DNA of 64,000 nt, from contig JAPMXV010000044.1 in NCBI GenBank assembly GCA_026936335.1, forward strand, positions 372,001 through 436,000, in the 5' to 3' direction. The position numbers were made by a program, and so were the translations under genes. This stretch comes from Mantamonas sphyraenae STR306 (lineage: Eukaryota > Protista > CRuMs). This document shows, in pieces, positions 11,034 through 22,796 of the stretch; positions within the stretch are counted from its first letter, which is position 1; each line of letters opens with the position of its first letter. Below the pieces are notes generated by a model. It saw only the letters and a list, made by a program, of their open reading frames with translations, searched no databases and had not been told where the DNA came from.

Positions 11034-14000
11034 ATGCAAAGCCGAGAAATCAGTCTGGACGAAATCGAGTCTGAACTGAATCGGTACGAATCAATGCTGC
11101 GGAGCAGCGAATTGGATGCGAAACGACACACGCTGGGCCAACAACAACGGGGCCAGGGAACAACACCGCAGGGTCGTCGTCAGGAAGGGCCCGGTGTTGG
11201 TGGCGGTGTGGACGTGTCTGTGGGCAGTCAGAGGACATGGGAACAGAGCAGTGTGGGCACCATGACACCGCGTCGTTCGTGGACAAGTATGGAGGGTCAG
11301 GAACGCAGCATGATGAGCACAGGTGGGAAGGCGGGCACCCCAGGTTCCGGTGGCGGCCTCCTGGTGACGAGACGCGACGCACAAAGACGCCCATGCTGGG
11401 GTTGAACAACACCCCAGGAAGCGTGACAATGCCCACCCCCACACTGAAAATCAACCGATCGGCACTCAACCTGAGCATGGCGTCGCACACGTCCCAGGTA
11501 AGCGTGGGTGGCGGCAAAGGCGAGCGCGCCATTTGCTGGTACCGGTCAAAAAAATAATCCGCAGTGGGTCGACTGACACCGGCGGGGCCACATGGACACA
11601 CAGACACCGAGCGAGCGGCGGATGCAATTGCAGGAGAAATTGGAGGCAGAGGCGCGTGCACGTGCGGCGCAGCAAAGTCGTGGGGAGGCACAGGGACAAG
11701 GGGAGGAGAACGCAAGCCAGCAAGATGCAGCAGCGGATTCGCGACGAGCGTGGTGGGAGGAACATGCTGAGGAATCGGAGCAGGAAGGGGCACAGGAAGT
11801 GTCATACAATGACCACGAGTATGAGGAGGAGGAAGAGGAGGACGATGACGAGGACGAGGAGGAGGGGGAGCTGGGAGTAGGACACTTCAGCGCAGCGGAT
11901 GCGTCACACCTGTTCTTTGCGTCGAGTGAACTGACGCAACATGAGCTGGACGAGGTACAACATGGACTGCACGGTCAGACGCCACGTCGAACGCAGTCGA
12001 CCAAGGGGGAACAGCAACAGAGAAGCGGTGGAGGCAAGGGCAGCAACACACACAACAACCACAGCAACAGCAACAGCAACAGCAACAACGGAAGCAGAAG
12101 CAGCAGCAAGAAGGGAACTCAAAGGCAATTGAAGCCACCCACGCCTGTGCGTCGCCAACAGCAGAGTCCCACCAAGAAGAGTGCCAGGACCAGCGTGACA
12201 CAGAAGAAGCACCAGAGCAGGAGCAACGGGAAGAGGACAAGTCATGCACAAAGGGAGCTGTACGAGGATGATGAAGAACCACAACCACAGCAGCAGAGGG
12301 CACCGGTGCTGCGAGGGGCCTGGGCAGCAGCAGGCGGCACACAGTCCACGGGGGATCGAATGGTGACATCCGACATACGTCAACGGGCGAAAGAGCGCAC
12401 ACAGCAACGGATGGCAGCCAGCCAGACACACACAACACACACACGTGCGGGGCCGCCACGATGGGCAGAGAGGAGGCAACGGGACGACGGAGGAGGTGGC
12501 GGAGGAGAGGGCAGCAGTCGATTGGAAGAGCTGTCACAGTCGCTGAGCCATCGATTGGAGAAGCGAGAACGAGAGAGGATGGAACGGGAGCAGAAGGAGA
12601 TTGCAGAGACGTGTTCGTTCAAGCCGAAGCTGAACGCACGGTCGCTGGCACTTGCGAACAAGCAGAAGAGGGTGCCACTGGCGGAACGACACGACCCGCA
12701 GGCATTGACGGAGCGAATCAATGCACGGTTGGAGCAGAGGGAGGCGAACGAGAAGGAGCAGGTGGAGGCGTGTACATTCAAACCACAGATCGACGCCAAA
12801 TCGCGCGAGTTGGCTCAGCGCAGGGTCCATCGACCCCTGCACGAACGTGTGCAGCAGCTGCAGGTGCAGAAGGAGAAGCGCATGAACAGACTCAAGCAGC
12901 AGTACGAGGAGAAACGCAAGGAGGAGTTTCCCTTTCGCCCGCAGACTCGCAGCAACGGCGGCGGGAACGGGGCCGGGAACGACGGACACGGGCAGCAGCA
13001 GGGGCAACAGCAACAGGAGGAGAGGAGGAAGAGTCTGAACAAGTCGCAACGGGACTTTGTGCAGCGGCAGTTGGCGTTGCGCGAGCGGCAGCGAAAGGAA
13101 CAGGAGGATGAGGAGGAGGGCGCCGGGGGGTACACATTCACGCCAAAGATCAGCAAGGGCACGCAGGAGATTTGGAATCAGATTGGATTGCCCGAGGGCG
13201 ACTTTCTGCGCAGGCAGGAGCTGTACGACAAGTACCGGAAAAAGAAACAACTGCAGCGAAAGGCTGAGTTGCGCGACAAGGAACGAGCGCAGTCGCACGT
13301 GCCACAAATCAGCAACACGTCGCGCTTGTTGGCCGAACGACACCAGGAACGCGTGGCCGCGCAGCAGAAGCAACTGGAAGAAGAGGAGGCGGAGGAGGAC
13401 GAGGCTGGCGTTGCCGAGACGGAGAGTCTGGCGAGTGAGGACGATGACATGGAGCAGCAGCACAAGAAGCGCCACGGGAGGACACAGCAGCAGAAACAGG
13501 AGAAGGGCGATGAGAGGGATGGAGAGGGGAGCAGCGACTGGGTGGCACGGCTGTATGCGCAGGAAAAGAGGTCGGAGGCACGAAAGGCGGCGCTGGAGGA
13601 GGCATACTACAGCCAGTTCAGCTTCAAGCCGGAAATCAACAAGAACTCAGAGGTGTTGGGACGTGCAACGCCTCTGGACGAGCTGAGTTCAGGCTCGCGG
13701 ATGAAGAAGCGGGCGGCGCTGCGACGGCAACGGGCCGAGGCAGAATTTCGCAAGCAGCACTCGTTCCGTCCAAAGCTGGCCAGCAAGGAGGATGGCAGTG
13801 GGGATGAGGGCGGGAACGGGGCTGGGCTGGGATGGCAAGTGGAGCCATGGCACGAGGTGCAGCATGGATCGCTGAACTTTGCGGATTCGGAGCAGATGAT
13901 GGCCAGCATGATGGCCCGGTCGGAGCGCAAGCGATTGGAACTGGAGAAGAAGCGACAGGAGCTGGCGGAGAAGGAGCTGGAAGAGTGTACGTTTCAGCCA

Positions 14001-14375
14001 AAGGTGAACCGCAGTCGCAGAGAGAACCAGGGACGGGAGCAACGGCCGCAGGTGGTCATCCCGGGTCTGACACGCTTTCTGGCCAACAAGGAACGTGCTC
14101 TGAAGCTGGAGGCAGAGAAAAGAGCACGCGAGCGCGAAGTGTTTATGTTGGATGCTGTGTCGCGACCGGCGAAGGACGGGTACACGGTGCCGCAGCCGTT
14201 CCGACTCCATGGCACCAAGAGTGAGCAGGAGGCCAAGGAACGGGCACGCATGGAACGAGTGGAGGCGGAACGGTACCGAGAGTGTACGTTTGCGCCGGAA
14301 ACGACGTTGTCGAAGCACCGGGCGCTGATTGAACAGATTCTTGAGGATGGGGAGAGCAGCAGTGGCGAAGAATGA
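11034..14375 (+). CDS. Coiled-coil protein with about 9 (C/Y)xFxPxI repeats and a TPX2/FAM161-like TVPQPF motif; probably microtubule or basal-body associated
   Basis: Exons 11034-11497 (one frame jump near 11357) and 11604-14375 (intron GTAAGC..GACTGAC..CAG, phase 0). Repeats CSFKPKLN, CTFKPQID, FPFRPQT, YTFTPKIS, FSFKPEIN, HSFRPKL, CTFQPKVN, CTFAPET. Confidence 0.7.
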
Positions 14376-14423
14376 AAGACACACACACACACACACACAC
14401 AAACAAACAAATGTGCCCTGAAA

Positions 14424-15911
14424 TTATTTATATACGGTAAAGTCGTCGTTGGGGTCGTCATCGTGGTCTTGCTCCTGGTCGTGTAGATGCTGCTGGAGAA
14501 GATGGAAAAACGCGGTGGCGGCCTGGTCGCGCTCGTCGTGGTCGCAATGGAGATGCGGGTACTGGAAGGGCAGGGTAGTGTTTGCGGTGAGGACATTGTG
14601 TGCGACGGCAGCCATGGCGTGGGTGTGAATGAGCATGGAGGGCTCAAATGGCAGGTTGAAGGGCTCAAAGACGTGACGTGTGAGGAGCATGGGGTCGGCC
14701 ATGCCCTGGGAGGTCAAAGCGTCAAAGAGACGGTCCATGGCCGCAACTCGCAGCACACTGCAGTGCTGGAGCAGATACGAGGCACACTTGTCGTATACCT
14801 CGTGGTCGGCGAGCATTTCCTCGCTGACAGTGCGTTCGATGGCACAGTGCAGCTGGTGTTGCGAAGGAAACCAATTGCGCACCAGCATGCTGCGTGCCTC
14901 GTCCTGCAGCCTATGGCTGTATTCAGACGTGGCCAGGTCAAAGTCTGCCAGCTGATCCGAAAGGATGTCCGAGTACAGTGACGACACAAGGTTCTGCAGG
15001 CTGTCCATGGTGGAGAAGATGCGCTGGGCTTCGTCGTTGCTGTTGCTGTTGTTGTTGTGCGTGTATGTATCATGTGGACTGTGGATGTGAATGTCTGTGT
15101 CGTCTGTGTCATCCTCGTTGTCGTTGTCCTCCTCGTTGTCCGCCGAGTTGCTGTCAACGGCGGCCTGCGGAGCTGCGTTGACGTCAGCGTCCTCCTCGTC
15201 GTCGCTGTCAAAGTCGTGGTCCTCCTCATCCTCCTCATCGTCATTGTCTGCGTCGTAGTGAGTGGCAGGCGCACGGTATGTGGCAAACGGAGAGGATGGG
15301 GCCGGTTTGGCGCCGCGGAGGCGGAATGCAGCCGAGTCCCCGGAGGCTGTGGACGAGGAGCAGGTGACAGAGATGCAGGAGGAGGATGAGGATGAGGCGG
15401 ACGATGATGGCTCCTCCTCCTCCATCATCATCCTATCGGTGGTGCTGCGGTGGCGTGTGCTGGTCGTCGAGGCCGACGTTGCAAACGAGGACGAGGACGA
15501 CGAGGATGACGACGCCTGCCGGCGTGCGCCGTACTTGGGTGGATGCTGGGCCCGGTACTGGTCTACTGATGAGGCAGACACAGAAGCCGAGGCCGAAGAG
15601 GAGGTGCGCACAATGTGTGCCTGTTCGGGATTGAGCTTGTGGATCTTGGAAGGGGAGAACATGCTGGTGTTGGAATAGGCGTCGAGCTCGTCGTCGACCT
15701 CAAAGCCGCAGCTGTCCATGGTGATGGTGGAAGCGCGTGAGGAAGCACGTGAGGAAGCACGTGAGGATGAGCGCGACATGGACATGGACATTCGGTCGTC
15801 GTCTGCCTCTGGCATGCGCTCGTCCAGCCTCAGGAGGGCTTCCTTGGATGTCTGAGCAGCATCCCGCGGAGGCTGGCTCATGGCCTCCTCGAATGAGCGT
15901 TTGTTGGGCAT
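14424..15911 (-). CDS. Hypothetical protein: S/D/E-rich disordered N-terminus plus helical C-terminal domain
   Basis: Long ORF with coding-like composition. Start uncertain (in-frame ATGs up to 16130; MPNKRSFEE chosen). Confidence 0.6.
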   Translation of the reverse strand: MPNKRSFEEAMSQPPRDAAQTSKEALLRLDERMPEADDDRMSMSMSRSSSRASSRASSRASTITMDSCGFEVDDELDAYSNTSMFSPSKIHKLNPEQAHIVRTSSSASASVSASSVDQYRAQHPPKYGARRQASSSSSSSSSFATSASTTSTRHRSTTDRMMMEEEEPSSSASSSSSSCISVTCSSSTASGDSAAFRLRGAKPAPSSPFATYRAPATHYDADNDDEEDEEDHDFDSDDEEDADVNAAPQAAVDSNSADNEEDNDNEDDTDDTDIHIHSPHDTYTHNNNSNSNDEAQRIFSTMDSLQNLVSSLYSDILSDQLADFDLATSEYSHRLQDEARSMLVRNWFPSQHQLHCAIERTVSEEMLADHEVYDKCASYLLQHCSVLRVAAMDRLFDALTSQGMADPMLLTRHVFEPFNLPFEPSMLIHTHAMAAVAHNVLTANTTLPFQYPHLHCDHDERDQAATAFFHLLQQHLHDQEQDHDDDPNDDFTVYK

Positions 15912-16147
15912 CAAGATCGCTGTGTGACGCAACAACACATCCATCGCACACGTGTCAGTCCACCATCCCTTTGTCAATGTGTCTCTCTGCCCGTCTGCGG
16001 GGCCGTTGTTTGCTGGACAGCCGAGAGGCAGTTTGCTCGAGAGAGGAGAGGGTTTGGCCAAAACGGAAGCTGAGCGACGGGTGTTTGTCGCGGCCCATGC
16101 GGGTCTCACAGCACACATCGCTCGCATCATGCACCAAGCCCCGGCCC

Positions 16148-16153
16148 TATATA
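16148..16153 (-). promoter_or_regulatory. Candidate TATA box for the 14424-15911 gene
   Basis: TATATA embedded in GC-rich flanks in the only long intergenic region of the window. Confidence 0.3.
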
Positions 16154-16756
16154 CCCGCCTGCAGCGTCACGCAAAAAGCGCACGCACGGCGGGCCGCTCT
16201 GCGGTGCAAGGGCCGTTCCGCTGCCTGACGGCTTTTTGGGACGACGGGCCACAAAAAAAAAGAATGCCGACCCTGCTTCCTGATGTTTTCCTTGGCCAGC
16301 CCCATCGCTCTTGAGTGGCAGATGAGGCACCGAGAGGCCGACATAGGTGCATACGAGGTGTGTGCGAGGTCCATGCAGGCTACGGGATGCACGAAACGCG
16401 CGGAGAATTCGCGTGGGGCGCAGGGCAACGTCACGAAACGGATTTTGGACATTCAACCTCTCCCCATCGCGTACAAAGGCCACAAAGCCTTTCAGCATCG
16501 CATACACACAGAGGGCACATGGGAAGCGCAGGAAGAACGAACCTCGGTGGGATGTGCGCTACAGCGGAAGCTGAGGGTGGGACGGTGGTGGGGGTTTTTT
16601 GTTGGCTGGCCCTGTCCGCGCAGCTGCTGCAGGAGGTTCAAATTGTGGAGGGATTTGCACAGTGGAAGATGAAAGGGAAAGGAAGCAGAACGGGGTGGGA
16701 GCATGGGGATGACCTGTGAAGCCATGGCATGCGCGGTGGCAGGCAATACACAAAAC

Positions 16757-17191
16757 ATGGTGGGTTTTCGCCTGAGACCTCTTTGTATGGAAATGGTTGA
16801 CGTGGCCATTGCCCCTACCATGCGCCATGGTGTGTCAGGCGAGTGCCGGAAGCCTGTCTCTGTGAACAGCACGGAGAACTAGAGTTTGCTTGAATTCCAG
16901 CCCTCGCGCGGTCGTTCCGCCTCAAGTGCACATGCTGACACACTCCACTGGCCACAGAGCGAATCTGACCGACCGCGTATGCAACGGCGTACCTCGGTGG
17001 ATGCACCCACACGCATTCCGGAGCCATCGGACGCAGACGAAGATGCCAACAGGGAAAGCGAGCTGGAGGAAGTGGAATCGCTGACGCTGCGGAGGGTTGA
17101 CGACCTGGACTCTGTAGACTATGATCTGATGGCCATGAACACGAGAAGATTTCCGACGAACCGGGGCCGGTTTGAACGGCGTCTGTCGTGA
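16757..17191 (+). CDS. 78-aa acidic microprotein with an ATG-only first coding exon
   Basis: CAAAAC-ATG (16757-16759), intron GTGGGT..GCTGAC..CAG (16760-16957), then in-frame exon SESDRPRMQRRTS...FERRLS*. Confidence 0.6.
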
Positions 17192-17262
17192 GGGGAACAT
17201 GTGGGGAAGGGGCGGGCAGGGAAAACGCGGAAGAAAAGCCCTGGTTCCTGACTCAACACGCT

Positions 17263-20200
17263 TCATTCCTCCACCCCAAGCACACTGGCAAGCCGATCAG
17301 CGTTTTCACGGTTGTCCAGGGTTTCGTCGAGGACGTTGCAGAGCTTGTGGAGACGCACGGAGCCGTCTGCGTCGCCTACAGCGAGGACGGGTGCGTTGCT
17401 TGAAAAGGCCATGCAGGAGAGGGTTGTGCCTGCGTTGATGGAGGTGACAGGTCGGATGGTGGACTTGTTGAGGTCCCACACCTCGAGGAGCCCGTTGCCC
17501 GTGACCACACCAAACACGGTGGCCAAGTGCGGGGACCATGACACGTCGGCCACGTAATCGGTGTACTGGTTGAGCACCAGCACGGGCGAGTCGCTCTCCT
17601 CTTGCCACAGGCACACCGACCAATCGGCACTGGCGCTGGCAAACACAGACGTGTGGAACGGCGACCACTTGAGCTTGTACACAGGCCCGCTGTGACCGTA
17701 GTAGTTTTCCATGTACTGCTCCGGATAGGACACGGAGCACTTGTGGATGGTGCCATCCTCCGTGCCACACAGGTACATCGTCGGATCGCGGTGCGAAAAG
17801 TCCAGGCAGAAACCGGCGGCCGCACGGGAAATCACGTCGTGCTTGTCCACCTTTTCCGACGGCTTGGCCGTGTTGACCACGCGTTTGAGCTGCATCAGGT
17901 TGTGGTATTCCAGTCCCTTCTTGATGCTCCACTCGCGCACGCGTCCGTCTGTGGACACAGTGACCAGGTTCTCGCTGTGCTCCAGGCCGCGATCCACCCA
18001 GCGGCAATCCCAGACGGGATCCGTGTGTTTGCCATTGTCGAAGCTCGACTGCACCACCGGCGTCAACTCCTGGCCCTGTTTCTTGCTGCGGATGTTGTAG
18101 ATGGCCACTGTGCCGTCGTAGCAGCCCACCGCAAGCAGGTTTGCATTGCGTTGGCTGAAGGCCATGCTGGTCACGCCGTTCTTGCATTGAATGATCCGTT
18201 CCGGATACTCTGGGTTCTTCAGCGACCAGCAGAGGATGAGACCGCCCCGTTGGGCCTCGTAGTCAAACTCGCCATAGCCCACGGCGAGGATGTCGCTGTT
18301 CTTTGGGTTCCAGAGCACACAGGACACGTTGCGGCCCTGTGCCAGCTCGCATGTGTACGACCACAGGTGTTCCAGACGTGGTTTGTCTGTGGACTTGCCT
18401 CCGCCGCCCGTGAGGGATCCCATGCGCAGACTGTCGCCCATGGCCAGCGGGTCTTCCGTCTCCTCCGCCTCCTTGGCCTGCTCGTCCTCCATGGCCTCCT
18501 CCAGGCTCGAAATCATGTCCCTGTACATCAATTGTCGCGCGTGATACTTGTTCTGTTGCAACGCACGTTCGGTGACCAGCAGCGCGTTGAGGAGGCCCGG
18601 CAGGCTCTCCAGCGACTTTTCGTGCTTCTTGCCCGAGTGTTTGGCCGCCCCACTCTTGCTGGTGCGATTGATCAGATCCGCACCAATCCCAAACGAGTTG
18701 CCCTGCGACCCCGACGCCCCCGAGCGGCGTGTGCTCACCGAGAAACGCGATTGCGACGTGCCGCGGCTGCTGCGCGACACCACCGACGAGCGTCGGAACG
18801 ACCCACGCACACTCTTGCCTTTGTTCTTTTTGGCGTTTTTGGACGATCGCATCGACGCGGATGCGTCCTTCTGCTCCTGCTCCAGCCACGTGCTGGAATC
18901 CCGTTCCAGCGCCTCCAGAAACTCTTTGTTGTCTTCCTTGCCCTTGTCTGCATTCTCGCTGTGGTAACAATGACGACGATGATGGTGGGTGTGGGCAATG
19001 GTGTGAGTGTGTGCTCAAACGCAAAGAGAGAGAACGAGAGGGAGAAAGGGAGAGAGAGCGCGCGAGGGAGAGAGATGGGACATCGACAAACGTACCCGCT
19101 CATGGCATCGTAGATGTCCCAGGAATCAACCTGGGCAGCCGTGGTGGTGTGACTTGGTGGATCCACCTGCAACTCCTTTGTCTTTTGTGCGTTCTGGAAC
19201 GTTTGCATGCCACGTGCCACGTAACGGTCGTTGCCCACGCGGTCCTTGAGGAGCTGTTCGTAGCGGGCATTGGCCTCCTTGACCTCCTCCGCAAACTCGC
19301 TATCCTCAGCCACCACCTGGGTGGGGATGTCCAACAACCAGATGGTCTCTGTCTCCTGCAGCACAATGTTCACCGGTTCTTCCTCGTCAATCACCTCCAC
19401 TTCCTCCCTGGCGTCGCCTTTGTTGCCCGAGCTTCCCTGGGCCATGGAGCTGCCTGTGTGTGTGTGTGTGAGTGTGGGTGTGGGTGTGGTCCATGTCAGC
19501 AGGCGTCCCATCAGTAGACCCTTTTGAGTGTGTGCATGTGTGCATGTGTGCGTGTGCGTGTGTGTGTGTGTGTGCTTGGTGCGTGTGTGACTTTGGAAAG
19601 GGGCGGTAGCCGTTGGGCGGGAAACTCACTCTCGCCCAGACTGATGCTCGACGTCTCACTTTCGCCGGCAGTGACAAACGAGTCGCTGGTCACCGAGTCG
19701 TTTTCGTCGCTGTGGTCGCTTCGGTACGACGACGTCGACAGCGTAAACGATTCCGAGAGCGAAAAAGAGGGCAACTCGCTGCCAATCTCGCTGGCTCCGT
19801 CGCTGGAGCCAGCGCCACCTTCGCCCGTCCCTGCCGAGCTGGATCCATACACCAGCGGCAGCGGGGTCACATCGTTGCCCTGGCTGTCTTTGAGCACCAC
19901 CTCCTCATCATGCTTGGTCACTCCCTCGGCTGTGAGGGTGCCTGTGGTCCCTCGCGACGACGTGCTGTGGCTCATCTGCGACGACCGCCTTCGCATAGAC
20001 GAGTTTGACACACGCGACGACCTGTGCGTGTGTGTGTGTACGTACGTACGCCAAGTAGGTGCGTATGTGTGCAAACGCATGCGTGTCGATGTGTGAGTGG
20101 ATGCTGAGAAGGCGCCAGCAAACACACAGAGCACCAAAGGCACCCGTTGAACCGTTGAGCCCATCCTCACCCCGCCCCCACCTACCTTCGCGCCGACCGA

Positions 20201-20283
20201 TGCACAGACGAGGAGGACGAACTAGCGCCGGACGAGCCGCCACTGGACACGCTGGATGCGTTGGATGCCCTCCTGAACGACAT
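17263..20283 (-). CDS. WDR78: Axonemal dynein intermediate chain WDR78/DNAI4 (IC138-like), 847 aa
   Basis: Exons 20283-20186, 20021-19630, 19453-19096, 18958-17263, all phases compatible. Motifs DSQGNDVTPLPL, LQETETIWLLDIP, WD40s (WNPKNSDILAVGYG, CWSLKNPEYPER, GTEDGTIHKCSVSY). Confidence 0.93.
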
Positions 20284-20356
20284 GTGAGTGGATTTTGTTG
20301 TTGTGGAGGAAGGAGCGCAGCCCGAGCAGAACAACAACAACCACACCTGCATTGGC

Positions 20357-21189
20357 ATGCTTCTTGCGGACCGAGACCGTGAGCGTGACGAGGAAGCAGG
20401 TGGGGACAATGTGCCTGGGAACGATGGCGGGGGCGGTGGTGTCGATCATCGACGAGGAGGAGGAGGAGGAGGACGAATGTCGTCCGGCCACTCGACTCCG
20501 CAGGTGGGAATGACTCCACGGGCTTCGTTCCACCAACGCTTCCCCAACCTGGCGGACGAACAGAGAGACGTGGAATTCCTGATGCGCTTTGGTGCTTTGG
20601 TGCTGTTCCTGGGTGTCTTTCTACTGGAGGTGGCGTTGCTTGCCGACTCGGAGCCCTTCCCCTGCGACCAGCCACTGCGCTGGGTTGCCATCGCCCTCAC
20701 CTTCATCACCTCCTGGGGTCTCTTCTACCTCGTGTGGAAAGCCACCATGCCCGATGTGCCCATCCGCATGTGCATCAGTGAACCCTGGTGAGCTACCAAA
20801 TGAGGAGGAGGAGGAGGAGCGCGCCAAAAGCCGTTTTGTCCCTAACCCACACTCACTCACTCACGTACTCACACCCCCCTCCCTCGTGGCATCCTGTGGC
20901 ACTGCACTCATTCATTCACGTGCATTCATTGTACACAACACCGTGCAGGACCAATTCACATCTCCATGGGGGCTGGTTCATGGTCCTGCTTGTGTTTGGC
21001 TTGGCCATCACTCAGGCCGTCCTGCTGGGCGAGAGCAAGACGTGTGTCACCACCAATCCCACTCTGTATGGTCTCAGCATTGCCATGACCATCATCTACC
21101 TCGGGTCCAGCCTCACCATGGCCGGGTTTCTTGTCTTTTGGATGCGGACGGGACGGTTCGATCCGGAAAAGGTTGCTGCCCGACGATGA
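20357..21189 (+). CDS. 4-TM membrane protein resembling the TM module of plant/protist TM-RING-H2 E3 ligases, without a RING
   Basis: Exons 20357-20787 and 20949-21189 (phase 2). Motifs CDQPLRW and C...NPTLY flank four hydrophobic helices. Confidence 0.6.
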
Positions 21190-21299
21190 CGATGACGATG
21201 ATGATGGTGATGTGATTGTGTGTGATTGTGTGTGGGTGTCATCCTGTCATCATCACTGCATGGATGAGGGTGCGTCGGCAGGGTCAACGCAATCTACTC

Positions 21300-22388
21300 A
21301 TGGGCAAGTCGTCGCAAAAGACAGCGCGACGCAGACGCAAGCGCAAGGAGCAGGAGGCAGGAGGAGGGGCAACAGGGGAAAGCCCATCGAAAGGCCACCA
21401 GGGTAACGAGGGTGGCAAGACAGGACGGGCAGGAGGAAGAGTGCAAATGCGTCATGGAGGGGAGGGCGCACAGGCGGTGCGTGTGTTGACGCCGGCAGCC
21501 AAACGGCAGCGCGTGCAGGTTGTGCAGAGTCCACACACACCCGCTGCCACTGCAGAAGCCCTCGTGTACAGAACGCCCGGTGGAAGCCGTGGCGAGAATG
21601 AAGCAGATGATGACTTTCTTGTGAGTGGATCATCTGCGTGTGTGTGTGGGGTGGTGGTGACGGAGAATGCGCGGACGAACACTGACACAATGTCCGGTGA
21701 CTGCTGCCCCTGGATGACATGACACCCATTTTGCCAATGGCCACAAGTACAGTCGCCGCAAGCAAGCCGTGTAAAGGGGATGAAGAAGAAGGAGGAAGAC
21801 TGGAGCGTGGAGAGCAAGCGGCAGCAGCGAGCACGCAAGCGAGCGGAATTGGAGGCACTGGAGGCGGAGCTGGAAGCGCAACAACAACAGCAAGAGGCCG
21901 GAGAGGAAGCAGGGACGGGAGAGGGTGGGTCAGTGCTGCCGCTGGAGGACAGTGCAGCAAAGAGGAGGCAAGCCAAGTTGGCCAAGAAGCTGGAGAGCAA
22001 GGCAAAGGCGATTGCACGTCGTGTGGAGGCGCTGAACAAGAAGGAGCTTGCAGCGGCGGCGGAAGAGGCACAGGCCCTTGCAGCCAGCACATACTTTGGG
22101 GCGTACAAAAAGGCATACACAGATGCACAAGTGGAGAAGTATGGGGGCAAGGTGGAAAAGACGCAGGCGCCGTTGCGGGTTATGGTTGGCATGAAGCGCA
22201 AGGAGGGCGAACGGGAGGCCAAACGTTTGCAACGGGCCAAGGAGTTGGGCATCCACGTGGCCCAAAGCAAGAATGCACGCAACAAGGCACGGGACAGGAG
22301 GAAAGATGCAAAACGAGACACCGGACTTCGCATTGCCACAGGCACCTGGAAGAAAGGTGTGCTTGTGCTCAAGAAAAAGACCAAATGA
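21300..22388 (+). CDS. Faf1/C1orf131 (DUF4602)-like 40S biogenesis factor
   Basis: Exons 21300-21620 and 21753-22388. C-terminus GGKVEK..PLRVMVGMKRK..RE.K...AKELGI...RDTGLRIATGTWKKGVLVL fits the Faf1 pattern. Confidence 0.65.
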
Positions 22389-22796
22389 AGTGTTGGCATG
22401 TCACTCACCTCTCCTTGCCATTCTCCTGTGTTGCTGCCTCGACAACTTTGCCACAATATGGGCGTTGTCTGCGGCGTCCGCTTTCCAAACTCAACGCTTG
22501 TCGCCAAGGTACGTGCGTGCGTACACACGTCTGTGTGTGTGTGTGTGTGGGGTGGTGCGGGCGGGGGTGGGAAGGGGTTTGCATGCGTGTGATGAAGATA
22601 GGAGTCGCCGCCGGGCTTCTGCAAAGATGATTCCGGAAGCGAAAAGGGGCCTCGGATTGCAAGAGGCCACGGCCGCTGCATGCCGCATGCAGATTCCACG
22701 TGCACAGTGTGACGGTGAGGAGAGAGCTGTGCAGTGACAACCAAACTGACACGCAAGCCGGTGCATGTGTGTGTGTGTCGTGTGTGCGGGCGTAGA

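Noticed and set aside
16150-16750. ncRNA or tRNA in the one long intergenic region
   Set aside because: No cloverleaf, snRNA/snoRNA boxes or convincing long hairpin recognised by eye; an Rfam/Infernal scan would be needed.
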